Of a stretch of DNA of 64,000 nucleotides, positions 45,927-55,277 are shown piece by piece. The translations under genes and the position numbers were made by a program. The stretch covers positions 1-64,000 of the forward strand of contig CAYFHS010000005.1 in NCBI GenBank assembly GCA_964342815.1. Reading direction: 5' to 3'. The notes beneath the pieces were generated by a model, which searched no databases, was not told the origin of the DNA, and worked only from the letters and a program-made list of their open reading frames with translations. The DNA is from an uncultured archaeon. GTDB taxonomy: Archaea > Thermoplasmatota > Penumbrarchaeia > JASLWR01. Numbering within the stretch: position 1 is the first letter of the stretch; every line of letters begins with the position of its first letter.

Positions 45927-47354
45927 ATGAAATTTGAACCGAAGGGTGTCAATCCGGCCCTGGTCACTCCTTTCCACACGGACGAGAGGATAAACGAGGA
46001 AGGGTTAAGAGCGCTCATCAGAAGCGTGATTCCACATGTGGACGGGATAGTACCCTGCGGTACCACAGGTGAGTTCGCATATCTATCAATAGCTGAGAGA
46101 AAACGGTTGTTCGAGATAGCATTGGACGAGGTGGGTGGAAGGGTTCCGGTTATCGCGGGAACGGGAGCATGTTCAACCCGACAAGCCGTGGAACTTACTA
46201 CCTTCGCTCATGATATCGGTGCTTCGGCTGCTCTGGTAGTTAGTCCGTATTATCTCACTCCATCCGATAAAGGATTCTTTCAACATTATAAAACGGTTGC
46301 AGACTCATGCCCGATACCGATATTGATGTACAATATACCACAGGTCACAGGTTCATTTATACCCAGCAGGGTCATTGAAGATATTTCCCATATACCAAAT
46401 ATCGTTGGCCTCAAGGATTCCTCCGGGGACCTGACGTATACCATGGAAATATTGGATCGTGTACAGGGCCGGATAAATGTAATGATCGGGCATGACGAGG
46501 TAGTCCTTCCAGCATTGGCAGGGGGCTGCAAGGGGATGATACTGGCAAGCGCCCAGGTCTTCCCGGATGTTTGGCAGCAAGTCTACAAAGCAGTTGGGAA
46601 CTCCGATCTTGTTACTGCGAGGAAACTGCAGATGAAAGTGCAAAAACTGGCAAGGATGTACTGTAGAATGGGAGGTTCGGTTCCCGTTAAGGCATCTCTG
46701 AGAATTATGGGAATACCTGTGGGCCGCGCAAGGAGACCGTTGATGGAAGGGGGTTCGATACTTCACGAAGATTTAGCCGAGATCAGGGTTGAACTTGAGA
46801 AATTGGGCAAGGTCCCCAGGGATCAAACGGATATTGGACTGTCCTCGCCTTCGATCGGGGATAGTTTGAGAGACTTTGGCCTCAGCGACGGGGATTTGGC
46901 CAGCAGGGAATATCCTTTTTCATGCGGATCCGTAGATGAGGGAGCTGAAAGTGTGGCGGTCCACATGGTTGCAGGAAACAAGGAGGGGAAACTAGGCCGA
47001 TTGTTCGCATATCAGCTTACATATCCAAAGCACGGTTATGAGGCATTGACCACGATACTCGAACCGAATTTGGCAGTACGTCCATCCACACTGATAATAC
47101 CCGGTGTGATACAGAAGAACCTGAGACAGGCGAATATGATATTCGGCCCGGTACAGTCCGCCTGCGCCCGAGCAATCGCGGACAGTGTCGAGGATGGGAT
47201 CATCCCGGCAAACAAGACGAAAAGCGTTGTGATGATCGCAAAGGTTTATTTGTCTCCAAATGCTTCCGCGAGAGAAATCATCTATCGGAACAGCTATTCT
47301 GTTTTCAAAACGGTACTGAAAGAAATTTTTTCCGAACGGGGGGGTGTTGATTAA
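45927..47354 (+). CDS. DapA/NAL-family class I aldolase fused to a degenerate formaldehyde-activating enzyme (Fae) domain (paralog A)
   Basis: GTTGE, SPYY, YNIP and GLKDSSG (Schiff-base Lys codon 46413-46415). From about 46911: EPNLAVRPSTLIIP..KNLRQANMIFGPVQSACARAIADSVEDGIIP, matching archaeal Fae. Confidence 0.88.
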   Translation: MKFEPKGVNPALVTPFHTDERINEEGLRALIRSVIPHVDGIVPCGTTGEFAYLSIAERKRLFEIALDEVGGRVPVIAGTGACSTRQAVELTTFAHDIGASAALVVSPYYLTPSDKGFFQHYKTVADSCPIPILMYNIPQVTGSFIPSRVIEDISHIPNIVGLKDSSGDLTYTMEILDRVQGRINVMIGHDEVVLPALAGGCKGMILASAQVFPDVWQQVYKAVGNSDLVTARKLQMKVQKLARMYCRMGGSVPVKASLRIMGIPVGRARRPLMEGGSILHEDLAEIRVELEKLGKVPRDQTDIGLSSPSIGDSLRDFGLSDGDLASREYPFSCGSVDEGAESVAVHMVAGNKEGKLGRLFAYQLTYPKHGYEALTTILEPNLAVRPSTLIIPGVIQKNLRQANMIFGPVQSACARAIADSVEDGIIPANKTKSVVMIAKVYLSPNASAREIIYRNSYSVFKTVLKEIFSERGGVD

Positions 47355-48830
47355 ATGACGAGGACCACATGGTTGAAAGGCGTTTTTCCCGCGCTGGTCA
47401 CTCCATTCGACAAGAGGGAGAGAATCGATGAAGAGGCGTTCCGCTCCCTTATCAGACATCTATGGGCGGACGTGACCGGTTTCGTTCCCTGTGGGACCAC
47501 CGGGGAGTTCATGTACCTCTCCGAGAAGGAAAAAAGGAATTTGCTGGATATTGCCGTTGACGAGGTAGGTGGAAAAAAACCGGTGATCGCCGGAACCGGC
47601 TGTCCCAGCACAAGGGAGACTCTGGAATTGACCCGCTACGCAAAAGATATCGGAGCTACAGCTGCTCTGGTGGCATCCCCGTTCTACTTCAAGCCCAGCT
47701 TCAACGAACTTTACGAACACTTTGAGAGATTGAACGAACTGGACTTTCCGCTTATCATGTACAATATTCCTCAATGCACCGGTACTCATAAAAAATGGTG
47801 GACCGCCGAGGGGATCGCTATGCTGGACAATGTAATCGGAATAAAAGATTCCAGCGGTGATTTCCCCTTCCTCATGGCCTTGTTCGAGAAGGTACGGGAC
47901 AAGATATCTATAATGTGCGGACACGACGAGATAGGGATGCCGGCCCTGGCGGCCGGAGCCGACGGACTGATACTGGCCAGCGCGAACCTGATTCCGGATA
48001 TATGGCAGAAGATACGAGGATCGGTGTTGGAGGGGGATCTTGAGGCCGCCCGTTCACTTCAGGCGGGGATACAGAAATTGGTGAGGATAGTGGTCAGATG
48101 TGGAGCCAATCAGGCAGTAAAAGAAGGACTGGGAATGATGGATCTCCCCGTTGGCAGATCGAGGCTGCCTATTATGCCAGGAGGGGTTTTCAAGCGGGAG
48201 GACAGGGAAGAGCTGCGGATACAGTTGGAGAATCTTGGTAAAATTCCACAAAGAATGGTGGATTTCGACCTCGGTGACGGTGAACCGTTGCAAAGCCGGT
48301 ATCCACGGATTCCATCCACACCTGACACAATTGGCGATTTCACCATGAAGATCGGAGAGGGATTTGCTGGACCGCCCGTGTTCGAAGTAGCGCATATCGA
48401 CCTGCTTATAGGCTCAAAAGGTGGGCCGGTGACTTATGCCATCGAGGAGGTGATCAAAAGATATGAGGTGAACGAGAATGATCCTTCGAAGTTGATTATG
48501 GATCGTCCCCGCACTCTCCTTGTTCCCACTATCACGGTGAGGACGAAAAGGCAGGCGGGATATATCTATGGTGACGCATCCGAAGGTGTAGTTCTCGCTA
48601 TCGAAAAATCCATCGAGGACGGTGTGCTGCCTGATGGAATCCTAGATAGATTGGATATAATAGTCAATGTTTTCGTCCACCCGGCAGCCAGGAACCGGCA
48701 GAGAATAAAATTCAATAATTACAAAGCCATGCTCCATGCAGTGAAGAGAGCACTGGAAGAGCGGCCGACAATGGACGATATTATGTACGAAAAAGCGGCT
48801 GCAAGGCATCCGTTCAGGTACGAACCTTGA
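47355..48830 (+). CDS. DapA/NAL-family class I aldolase fused to an Fae domain (paralog B)
   Basis: GTTGE, SPFY, YNIP and GIKDSSG (Lys codon 47844-47846). From 48345: MKIGEGFAG..EVAHIDLLIG.KGGPV..PRTLLVP..VFVHP..NYKA..AVKRAL..HPF. ATG abuts the stop of paralog A. Confidence 0.9.
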   Translation: MTRTTWLKGVFPALVTPFDKRERIDEEAFRSLIRHLWADVTGFVPCGTTGEFMYLSEKEKRNLLDIAVDEVGGKKPVIAGTGCPSTRETLELTRYAKDIGATAALVASPFYFKPSFNELYEHFERLNELDFPLIMYNIPQCTGTHKKWWTAEGIAMLDNVIGIKDSSGDFPFLMALFEKVRDKISIMCGHDEIGMPALAAGADGLILASANLIPDIWQKIRGSVLEGDLEAARSLQAGIQKLVRIVVRCGANQAVKEGLGMMDLPVGRSRLPIMPGGVFKREDREELRIQLENLGKIPQRMVDFDLGDGEPLQSRYPRIPSTPDTIGDFTMKIGEGFAGPPVFEVAHIDLLIGSKGGPVTYAIEEVIKRYEVNENDPSKLIMDRPRTLLVPTITVRTKRQAGYIYGDASEGVVLAIEKSIEDGVLPDGILDRLDIIVNVFVHPAARNRQRIKFNNYKAMLHAVKRALEERPTMDDIMYEKAAARHPFRYEP

Positions 48831-48890
48831 TATTTAGGATACTGGGGTACATTTAAAATTATAAACCGTATGAAGGTGAGGTGAGCGCCC

Positions 48891-49973
48891 ATGAAGATGC
48901 CCGTGAAGATTTTATTTATTCAAAATCAATTGTGTGCCCGAGGATGGAAGGAGGCGAAGGTCTTGACGGAAGCGGGTGTTGATATAGACCTTCTGGAGCT
49001 AGGGAAACCCTCCGAATTTATGGACTACAGCATATTCAAGGATAGTCACAATATACCTGTGGGGGCCGATATTGGCAGTATGATAAGGAATAGGAAACGG
49101 ATAAAAACCGAGATTCGTGATTTTGCCGCCGGGCGTGATTACGATATTGCACACGTCCACAACGAACCGGACAACCTGGGCGTATGGACCAAAAAGAACC
49201 TTCCTATACCGGTTGTGCATGACATTCACGATCTGGTTAGCTTGAAACCAATAACATGGGCCCGGGGCCCGAAAAAATGGTTTGTAAGGAGTCTTGTGAA
49301 CCGATGGGAGGGCTACGTTTGCAGGAAGGCCGATGGAATAATGTCAACTTCGTCACTTATGATCGAGCATATTTGGAAACGATACGGTACAAAGAATATC
49401 GGTTACGTTGAGAATAAACCACTAAAGGAGAAATTCGAACTCGCGGAAAAGATCGACGACGGGAAGGTCCATTTTGTTTACCCGGGCGGCATATCTCTTG
49501 ATCCTGGCGGCAGCAGATACCTTTGGTCGATGTTCGAATCGATCTGCGCCATGGGATTCAATGTTCACCTTTATCCCCCTGTATTCGAACCAGGTCGGCA
49601 GGAGATCATCCGTAAAAGATGCTCTGGCGTTTCGGGACTTCATTATCATCTTCCTGTTGCCCAGAACAAGGTGATCCGAGAGATAAGCAAGTACCATTAC
49701 GGGCTTGTCCTGTTCAGCAGTTTCACTAAGAACATATTGATGGCTACCTCGAACCGGGTCTACGAATACCAGATCGCTGGTATACCGGTAATAACAAATG
49801 ATATTGGTCATATCGGAGATTATGTAAAGAAGAAAAAATGCGGCGAGGTCATAGGGGACCCGGGTGAGATAAAGAAATTAATAAGCGGTGGCCGCGAATA
49901 CAATCTGGATACAAACGACTGTTTCATGGATGCAAAACCTATTCTCGATCTTTATTCTAAGATAATAGCGTGA
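48891..49973 (+). CDS. GT-B fold glycosyltransferase (GT4-like)
   Basis: DIAHVHNEP, VVHDIHD, KVHFVYPGGI, NRVYEYQIAGIPVI. Confidence 0.82.
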   Translation: MKMPVKILFIQNQLCARGWKEAKVLTEAGVDIDLLELGKPSEFMDYSIFKDSHNIPVGADIGSMIRNRKRIKTEIRDFAAGRDYDIAHVHNEPDNLGVWTKKNLPIPVVHDIHDLVSLKPITWARGPKKWFVRSLVNRWEGYVCRKADGIMSTSSLMIEHIWKRYGTKNIGYVENKPLKEKFELAEKIDDGKVHFVYPGGISLDPGGSRYLWSMFESICAMGFNVHLYPPVFEPGRQEIIRKRCSGVSGLHYHLPVAQNKVIREISKYHYGLVLFSSFTKNILMATSNRVYEYQIAGIPVITNDIGHIGDYVKKKKCGEVIGDPGEIKKLISGGREYNLDTNDCFMDAKPILDLYSKIIA

Positions 49974-50047
49974 AATGTACATGAAATCGGTAAATTTATG
50001 CAAAAACACCGACACCTTTATCAAAAACAGGTATGTTCTTGATATTG

Positions 50048-50878
50048 ATGCCGGAATCAACGAAAAAATCCTCCACAAACGAAAAGGGAAAAAATGTGGA
50101 GTTTCAGCACGTACAGTCTCGATGGAGCAGGGTGGCCCGAAGGGGAGTGCACCTTACGTCCTCAGCGTTGATCATTTATTTTTTCTTTCCTGAAATAGTA
50201 TTCGAGATCGGGGCATTCAAAATGCACCGCGCGCTTTTATTGGTACTATTATTTTTACTAATACCTTTCCAGATCGAGTTCTGGAGGTTGAAGATGGGGA
50301 AATCCTTCTTCATGCTTCGCGAACACGAGAAGAACTGTGTGGCGGCCTATATCTGGACTCTCTTGGGGGCCATGGGCCTCTGTCTTTTAACCGAGATCGG
50401 GTTGCCGGAATTCATTGCCATTCCCATTATGCTATGTGCATCTCTTGGAGACCCTTTCCTCGGTGAGACGCGAGTAATGGCAGTTTTCAGAAGGAGACAT
50501 TATTATTCACTGGCGGTTCTTCTTTGCGGAAGCCTTTTTTTCATATGGCTGGGAAATCCCTTCCTGGCTTTGATGGCCGGTTTTCTCACGGTGGTGGCGG
50601 AATCCCTGAATATCAAACTGAACTGGGGTCTCAGAAAGGAAATGCTGCACGATCTCGAGAACCGTAACTTCATTCTTCGAAAGATCAAGGCATTGAACCT
50701 TTATGATCGGTTATTCTACACCAATGATAATCTGTTGATGCAGTTGATACCTCTGTATTTCCTGGTAATACTTTATCTTGCTCTGCCCCAGTTTTTCCCA
50801 CCGGATTCCATGTTCTTCGGCGATTGGTGGGCGGACATAATATCAAAATACCAGTTCGATACGTTTTTTAGCATCTGA
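50048..50878 (+). CDS. Polytopic membrane protein of the dolichol/phytol kinase (CTP-dependent) family
   Basis: RRGVHL, LREHEK, SLGDP motifs and multiple TM helices. Start ATG 50048 (ORF track TTG 50033). Confidence 0.7.
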   Translation: MPESTKKSSTNEKGKNVEFQHVQSRWSRVARRGVHLTSSALIIYFFFPEIVFEIGAFKMHRALLLVLLFLLIPFQIEFWRLKMGKSFFMLREHEKNCVAAYIWTLLGAMGLCLLTEIGLPEFIAIPIMLCASLGDPFLGETRVMAVFRRRHYYSLAVLLCGSLFFIWLGNPFLALMAGFLTVVAESLNIKLNWGLRKEMLHDLENRNFILRKIKALNLYDRLFYTNDNLLMQLIPLYFLVILYLALPQFFPPDSMFFGDWWADIISKYQFDTFFSI

Positions 50879-51062
50879 AATTGATGATATGGTCCTGGAA
50901 CCAACACGGACCGGGTGAATTCCTCGGGGCAGAAAAATAATATAGGAAAAGCATATTAGTACACTGTTTCCGCTGAAAAAAAATCAAATTTTTTCCATGT
51001 GATCGGGTAAAAAAGTAAAATAAAATTTAAAAAAATGACTAATAATCCAAAGGAGTAATACT

Positions 51063-52241
51063 ATGAAAGAACCCGTTATAATATCCGCCGTTAGAACAGC
51101 TCTGGGAAAGTTCAATGGAACCCTCAAGAACATGCCTGCGGTAAAACTTGGCAGCCTGGTAATCGGAGAGTCCGTAAAACGTGCTGGAATTTCGAAAAAT
51201 GATGTGGATGAAGTGATTATGGGAATGGTGCTGCAGGCAGGAGCCGGGCAGAACCCGGCACGCCAGGCAGCTCTAGGGGCCGGTATCCCGGAGAACAAAG
51301 GCTGCATGACCATCAACAAGGTGTGCGGTTCAGGTCTGAAATCCATTATGATCGCGGCCAATTCCATAAAGGCAGGAGAGCATGAGATCATCGTGGCAGG
51401 GGGGATGGAGAATATGGCTAAAGCGCCCTATTATCTGTACAAGGCAAGGGACGGTTACAGAATGGGGGATGGGAAGATCGTCGATGGAATGGTTTACGAC
51501 GGATTGTGGGAAGTTTACAACGATTTCCATATGGGTATTACAGGAGAGCGCATCGCTGAACATTACGATCTCACAAGGGAAGAGGTGGATGCTTTTGCCG
51601 TAAGAAGTCACCGTTTGGCAGCAGCGGCGGCGGAGGGAGGAAAGTTCGCCGAAGAGATAGTTCCCATCGAGATCCCACAGAGGAGAGGAGACCCGGTTAT
51701 CTTTGATAGTGACGAGGGGATACGGGCAGATTCCTCGGTGGAAAAGCTGGCTAGGTTAAGAGCGGTTTTTAAAAACGACGGTCTCGTAACAGCCGGGAAC
51801 GCCTCCCAGATATCGGATGGAGCTTCGGCCGTAGTGGTCACCAGCCGAGAAAAGGCCGTGGAGCTGGGAATTCCGATCCTGGCAAAGATCGTGGATTATC
51901 ACACCTCCGGCTGCGCGCCTGAAGACGTGATGGAGGCGCCAGTACCCACCATGAGGGAGATAATGGAAAGGAATAATCTAAGCATTGGGGACTTGGACCT
52001 CATCGAACACAACGAAGCCTTTGCATCGGCATCATTGGCCATACAGAAGGAGTTCGACATTCCCGAGGACAAGTTCAACGTACACGGCGGCGGCGTTGCT
52101 CTGGGTCACCCCATAGGAGCCAGTGGTGCAAGGGTGCTCACCACCCTGATATATGCCATGAAGGACCGAGGTGCCAAGCTGGGGCTTGCAACACTTTGCC
52201 TTGGCGGCGGTAATGCAGTGGCAATGATAATTGAAATGTGA
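51063..52241 (+). CDS. thlA: Acetyl-CoA C-acetyltransferase (canonical thiolase)
   Basis: NKVCGSG (Cys nucleophile), NEAF, GHPIGASG and CLGGG all intact. Confidence 0.96.
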   Translation: MKEPVIISAVRTALGKFNGTLKNMPAVKLGSLVIGESVKRAGISKNDVDEVIMGMVLQAGAGQNPARQAALGAGIPENKGCMTINKVCGSGLKSIMIAANSIKAGEHEIIVAGGMENMAKAPYYLYKARDGYRMGDGKIVDGMVYDGLWEVYNDFHMGITGERIAEHYDLTREEVDAFAVRSHRLAAAAAEGGKFAEEIVPIEIPQRRGDPVIFDSDEGIRADSSVEKLARLRAVFKNDGLVTAGNASQISDGASAVVVTSREKAVELGIPILAKIVDYHTSGCAPEDVMEAPVPTMREIMERNNLSIGDLDLIEHNEAFASASLAIQKEFDIPEDKFNVHGGGVALGHPIGASGARVLTTLIYAMKDRGAKLGLATLCLGGGNAVAMIIEM

Positions 52242-52267
52242 TTTATTCGTAAAACGGAGGGAAAAAT

Positions 52268-53122
52268 ATGGCTATACAGAAGATTGGAGTGATAGGTGCC
52301 GGGACCATGGGTCACGGGATCGCGCTGGTATCCGCAAAAAGCGGTTACGACGTCATAATGAGAGATATCGAAGAAAGGTTTATTGAAAAGGGACTTGCCA
52401 ATGTCGAGAAATTCCTCAAGAGAAGCGTTGCTAAGGGTAGGATGAGCGAAGAAGAGATGACACTCGTCCTGGCAAGAATAAGTACAACGGTGCATATGGA
52501 AGACCTGCAGGACTGCGACCTCATTATTGAGGCGATAATCGAGAATGCCGATCTCAAGAAAAAGGTTTTTTCCGAACTGGATAGTTACTGTCCCCCGGAA
52601 ACCATATTTGCATCGAATACATCCACGATCCCCATCACGGAAATGGCATCGGCCACGGAACGCCCGGACAGGTTCATCGGAATGCATTTTATGAATCCCG
52701 TCCCCTTGATGAAGCTCATCGAGGTCATCAATGGTCTCAGAACCTCGAGAGAGACCACCGAAGTTATAATGTCGCTTGCCGGGGACCTCGGAAAGATTCC
52801 CATAGAGGTAAATGATTATCCGGGATTCGTTGCCAACAGGATACTTCTGCCCATGATCAATGAGGCTGCGTACTGTCTAATGGAAGGTGTTGCAACTAGA
52901 GAGGCAATCGACGGGGTGATGAAACTGGGGATGAACCATCCCATGGGCCCTTTGGCCCTGGCAGATCTTATCGGCCTTGACGTATGCCTTTTCATCATGG
53001 AAGTTCTATACGATGGCTTTTCCGATTCGAAGTACAGACCCTGCCCTCTGCTCAAGAAAATGGTCAATGCCGGTTTCCTGGGCAGAAAGTCCGGTCAGGG
53101 ATTTTACGACTACAGCAAGTGA
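52268..53122 (+). CDS. hbd: 3-hydroxybutyryl-CoA / 3-hydroxyacyl-CoA dehydrogenase
   Basis: [35 protein letters not shown]. Confidence 0.95.
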   Translation: MAIQKIGVIGAGTMGHGIALVSAKSGYDVIMRDIEERFIEKGLANVEKFLKRSVAKGRMSEEEMTLVLARISTTVHMEDLQDCDLIIEAIIENADLKKKVFSELDSYCPPETIFASNTSTIPITEMASATERPDRFIGMHFMNPVPLMKLIEVINGLRTSRETTEVIMSLAGDLGKIPIEVNDYPGFVANRILLPMINEAAYCLMEGVATREAIDGVMKLGMNHPMGPLALADLIGLDVCLFIMEVLYDGFSDSKYRPCPLLKKMVNAGFLGRKSGQGFYDYSK

Positions 53123-53146
53123 TCTCACCACATGGAGGTTTATCTC

Positions 53147-53908
53147 ATGATAGACGTTTCAAGAGAAGGAAATACCATAATATTGACAATAAACAACCCC
53201 CCAATGAACGTTCTCAACAGTGAATTGTTGAACGAACTTGGCGGGGTTCTGGATAAGATCAAGAACGACGATTCGTTGGCAGTCATAATCACCGGCGAGG
53301 GAAGAGCATTCGTGGCAGGCGCGGACATTAAGGAAATGATGAATATGGATCCGGAGGAGGCGAGGCTGTTCGCCAGCATAGGTCAATCGGTCTTCAACAA
53401 GATCGAGCAACTGCCCAAACCGGTAATCGCTGCTGTTAACGGATTTGCCCTGGGTGGTGGTACCGAATTGGCCATGAGCTGTGACATTATACTTGCTTCC
53501 GATAAAGCGAAGTTCGGGCAGCCCGAGGTCGCTCTCGCAGTGATACCCGGATTTGGTGGGACGCAAAGACTATCCCGCATAGTAGGAAGGAACATCGCCA
53601 AGGAATTGATATATTCAGGCAGTATAATCGGTGCGGACGAGGCCTATCGCATCGGTCTTGCCAACAGGCTGCTGCCCCCCGAAGAACTCATGGAGGCGGC
53701 AAAGAAACTTGCGGATACCATCTCGAAAAAGGGTCCCGCCGCGGTGAGGTTGGCAAAAGAGTCCATAAACGGCGGTCTGGATATGACCCTGGGTGATGGG
53801 CTCGAGTACGAGGCCGTCAAGTTCTCGGAGTGTTTCCGAACATTTGACCAGAAGGAAGGAATGGATGCCTTCGTAAATAAACGAAAACCCGATTTCCGAG
53901 GTGAATGA
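53147..53908 (+). CDS. crt: Enoyl-CoA hydratase (crotonase)
   Basis: AFVAGADI, ALGGGTEL, FGQPEV..PGFGGTQRL with both catalytic Glu. Start probably ATG 53147 (GGAGGT upstream; ORF track 53132). Confidence 0.95.
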   Translation: MIDVSREGNTIILTINNPPMNVLNSELLNELGGVLDKIKNDDSLAVIITGEGRAFVAGADIKEMMNMDPEEARLFASIGQSVFNKIEQLPKPVIAAVNGFALGGGTELAMSCDIILASDKAKFGQPEVALAVIPGFGGTQRLSRIVGRNIAKELIYSGSIIGADEAYRIGLANRLLPPEELMEAAKKLADTISKKGPAAVRLAKESINGGLDMTLGDGLEYEAVKFSECFRTFDQKEGMDAFVNKRKPDFRGE

Positions 53909-53971
53909 GGAGCATTAGCTCCAAGATTATTCTCTCCCCTGCAGCATAAGTAAAAGTGGAAGGGTGGAACA

Positions 53972-55105
53972 ATGGATGTTTTACTCAACGACGAGCAGAG
54001 AAAGATAAGAGAGACCGTTAAGCGATTTGCCGATGAAGAGGTAATTCCGGTTGCTTCCGAGTTGGACCGTGAGCACAGATGGCCCGGGGAACTGCTGGCA
54101 AAGATGGGTGAAATGGGGCTAATGGGTATGCCTGTTCCGCAGGAGTACGGTGGTGCGGGCGCTGATTATCTCTCCTATATGATCGCCGTGGAGGAACTTG
54201 CCAGAGCTTGGGGTTCATTGAGTCTTATCATGACGGTCCATACTTCCGTGGGAACCCTGCCCATATATGATTTTGGAACACCTGATCAGAAGGAAAGGCT
54301 GCTGAAACCCCTTGCCCAGGGTAAGATGATCGGTGCTTTCGCCCTTACCGAACCGGAGGCAGGCTCTGACGTGTCGGGTGTCAAAACCACCGCTGTAAGA
54401 GATGGCGCTGATTATATTCTCAACGGATCGAAGATTTTCATAACTAACGGCAGCAGAGCAGGAACTATCATAGTTCTTGCTGTAACGGATAAGGATGCCG
54501 GAACGAAGGGATACAGTACCTTCATTGTCGAAAAGGGGATGGACGGATTCACTCTGGGGGTGGATGAAGACAAGTTGGGATTGCACTCGTCCGTAACTTC
54601 GGAGCTGGTTTTCAACGATGTAAAAATACCGAGGAAAAACTTATTGGGAGCCGAAGGAGATGGATTGAGAATTTCCCTTTCGGCACTTGACGGAGGGAGG
54701 ATGGGTGTTGCTTCCCAGGCAGTTGGGATCGCAAGAGCGGCTCTGGAGGAATCCATAAGATATTCAGGTGAACGGCAGCAGTTCGGCCACCCAATAAACC
54801 GTTTCCAGGGAATATCCTTCATGCTTGCAGAAATGGCCACCGAGGTTGATGCCGCGAGAGGTCTTGTCTACCGCGGTGCCTTTATGAAAGAGCGCGGTAT
54901 GCGTATCTCGAAAGAGGCCGCCATGGCAAAGCTGTATGCTTCCGGAGTGGCGGTCAGAACAACTACAAAGGCCATCCAGGTTCACGGTGGATACGGATAT
55001 ATTGCCGATTATCCGGTTGAGAGATTTTTCCGGGATGCGAAAGGCACCGAGATATACGAGGGTACTTCCGAAATACAGCGCCTTGTAATATCGAGAAACC
55101 TATGA
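53972..55105 (+). CDS. bcd: Acyl-CoA dehydrogenase (short-chain/butyryl-CoA type)
   Basis: FALTEPEAGSD, GSKIFITN, QVHGGYGY, RDAKGTEIYEGTSEIQR. Confidence 0.93.
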   Translation: MDVLLNDEQRKIRETVKRFADEEVIPVASELDREHRWPGELLAKMGEMGLMGMPVPQEYGGAGADYLSYMIAVEELARAWGSLSLIMTVHTSVGTLPIYDFGTPDQKERLLKPLAQGKMIGAFALTEPEAGSDVSGVKTTAVRDGADYILNGSKIFITNGSRAGTIIVLAVTDKDAGTKGYSTFIVEKGMDGFTLGVDEDKLGLHSSVTSELVFNDVKIPRKNLLGAEGDGLRISLSALDGGRMGVASQAVGIARAALEESIRYSGERQQFGHPINRFQGISFMLAEMATEVDAARGLVYRGAFMKERGMRISKEAAMAKLYASGVAVRTTTKAIQVHGGYGYIADYPVERFFRDAKGTEIYEGTSEIQRLVISRNL

Positions 55106-55265
55106 TGGATTTTCAATCTTAAAAAGACCTTTAATACGAGTTAGGACAATTCATCTTCAGAATATAGAACATAAACACCGAAATCATTAACTTAAATGAG
55201 ATATTACGTATTCTCGAGATAATTAATTTATGTAATAATTTATTGCTAAAAATATAAAAAACCGA

Positions 55266-55273
55266 GGAGGTGA
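55266..55273 (+). promoter_or_regulatory. Strong Shine-Dalgarno site
   Basis: GGAGGTGA ending 4 nt before GTG 55278. Confidence 0.7.
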
Positions 55274-55277
55274 AAGA

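Noticed and set aside
45927-48830. Annotation as dapA (lysine biosynthesis) or as evidence of methanogenesis
   Set aside because: The DHDPS-specific Arg is missing in both, no dap/lys genes are adjacent, and Fae also occurs in non-methanogens. No mcr or mtr genes are in the window.
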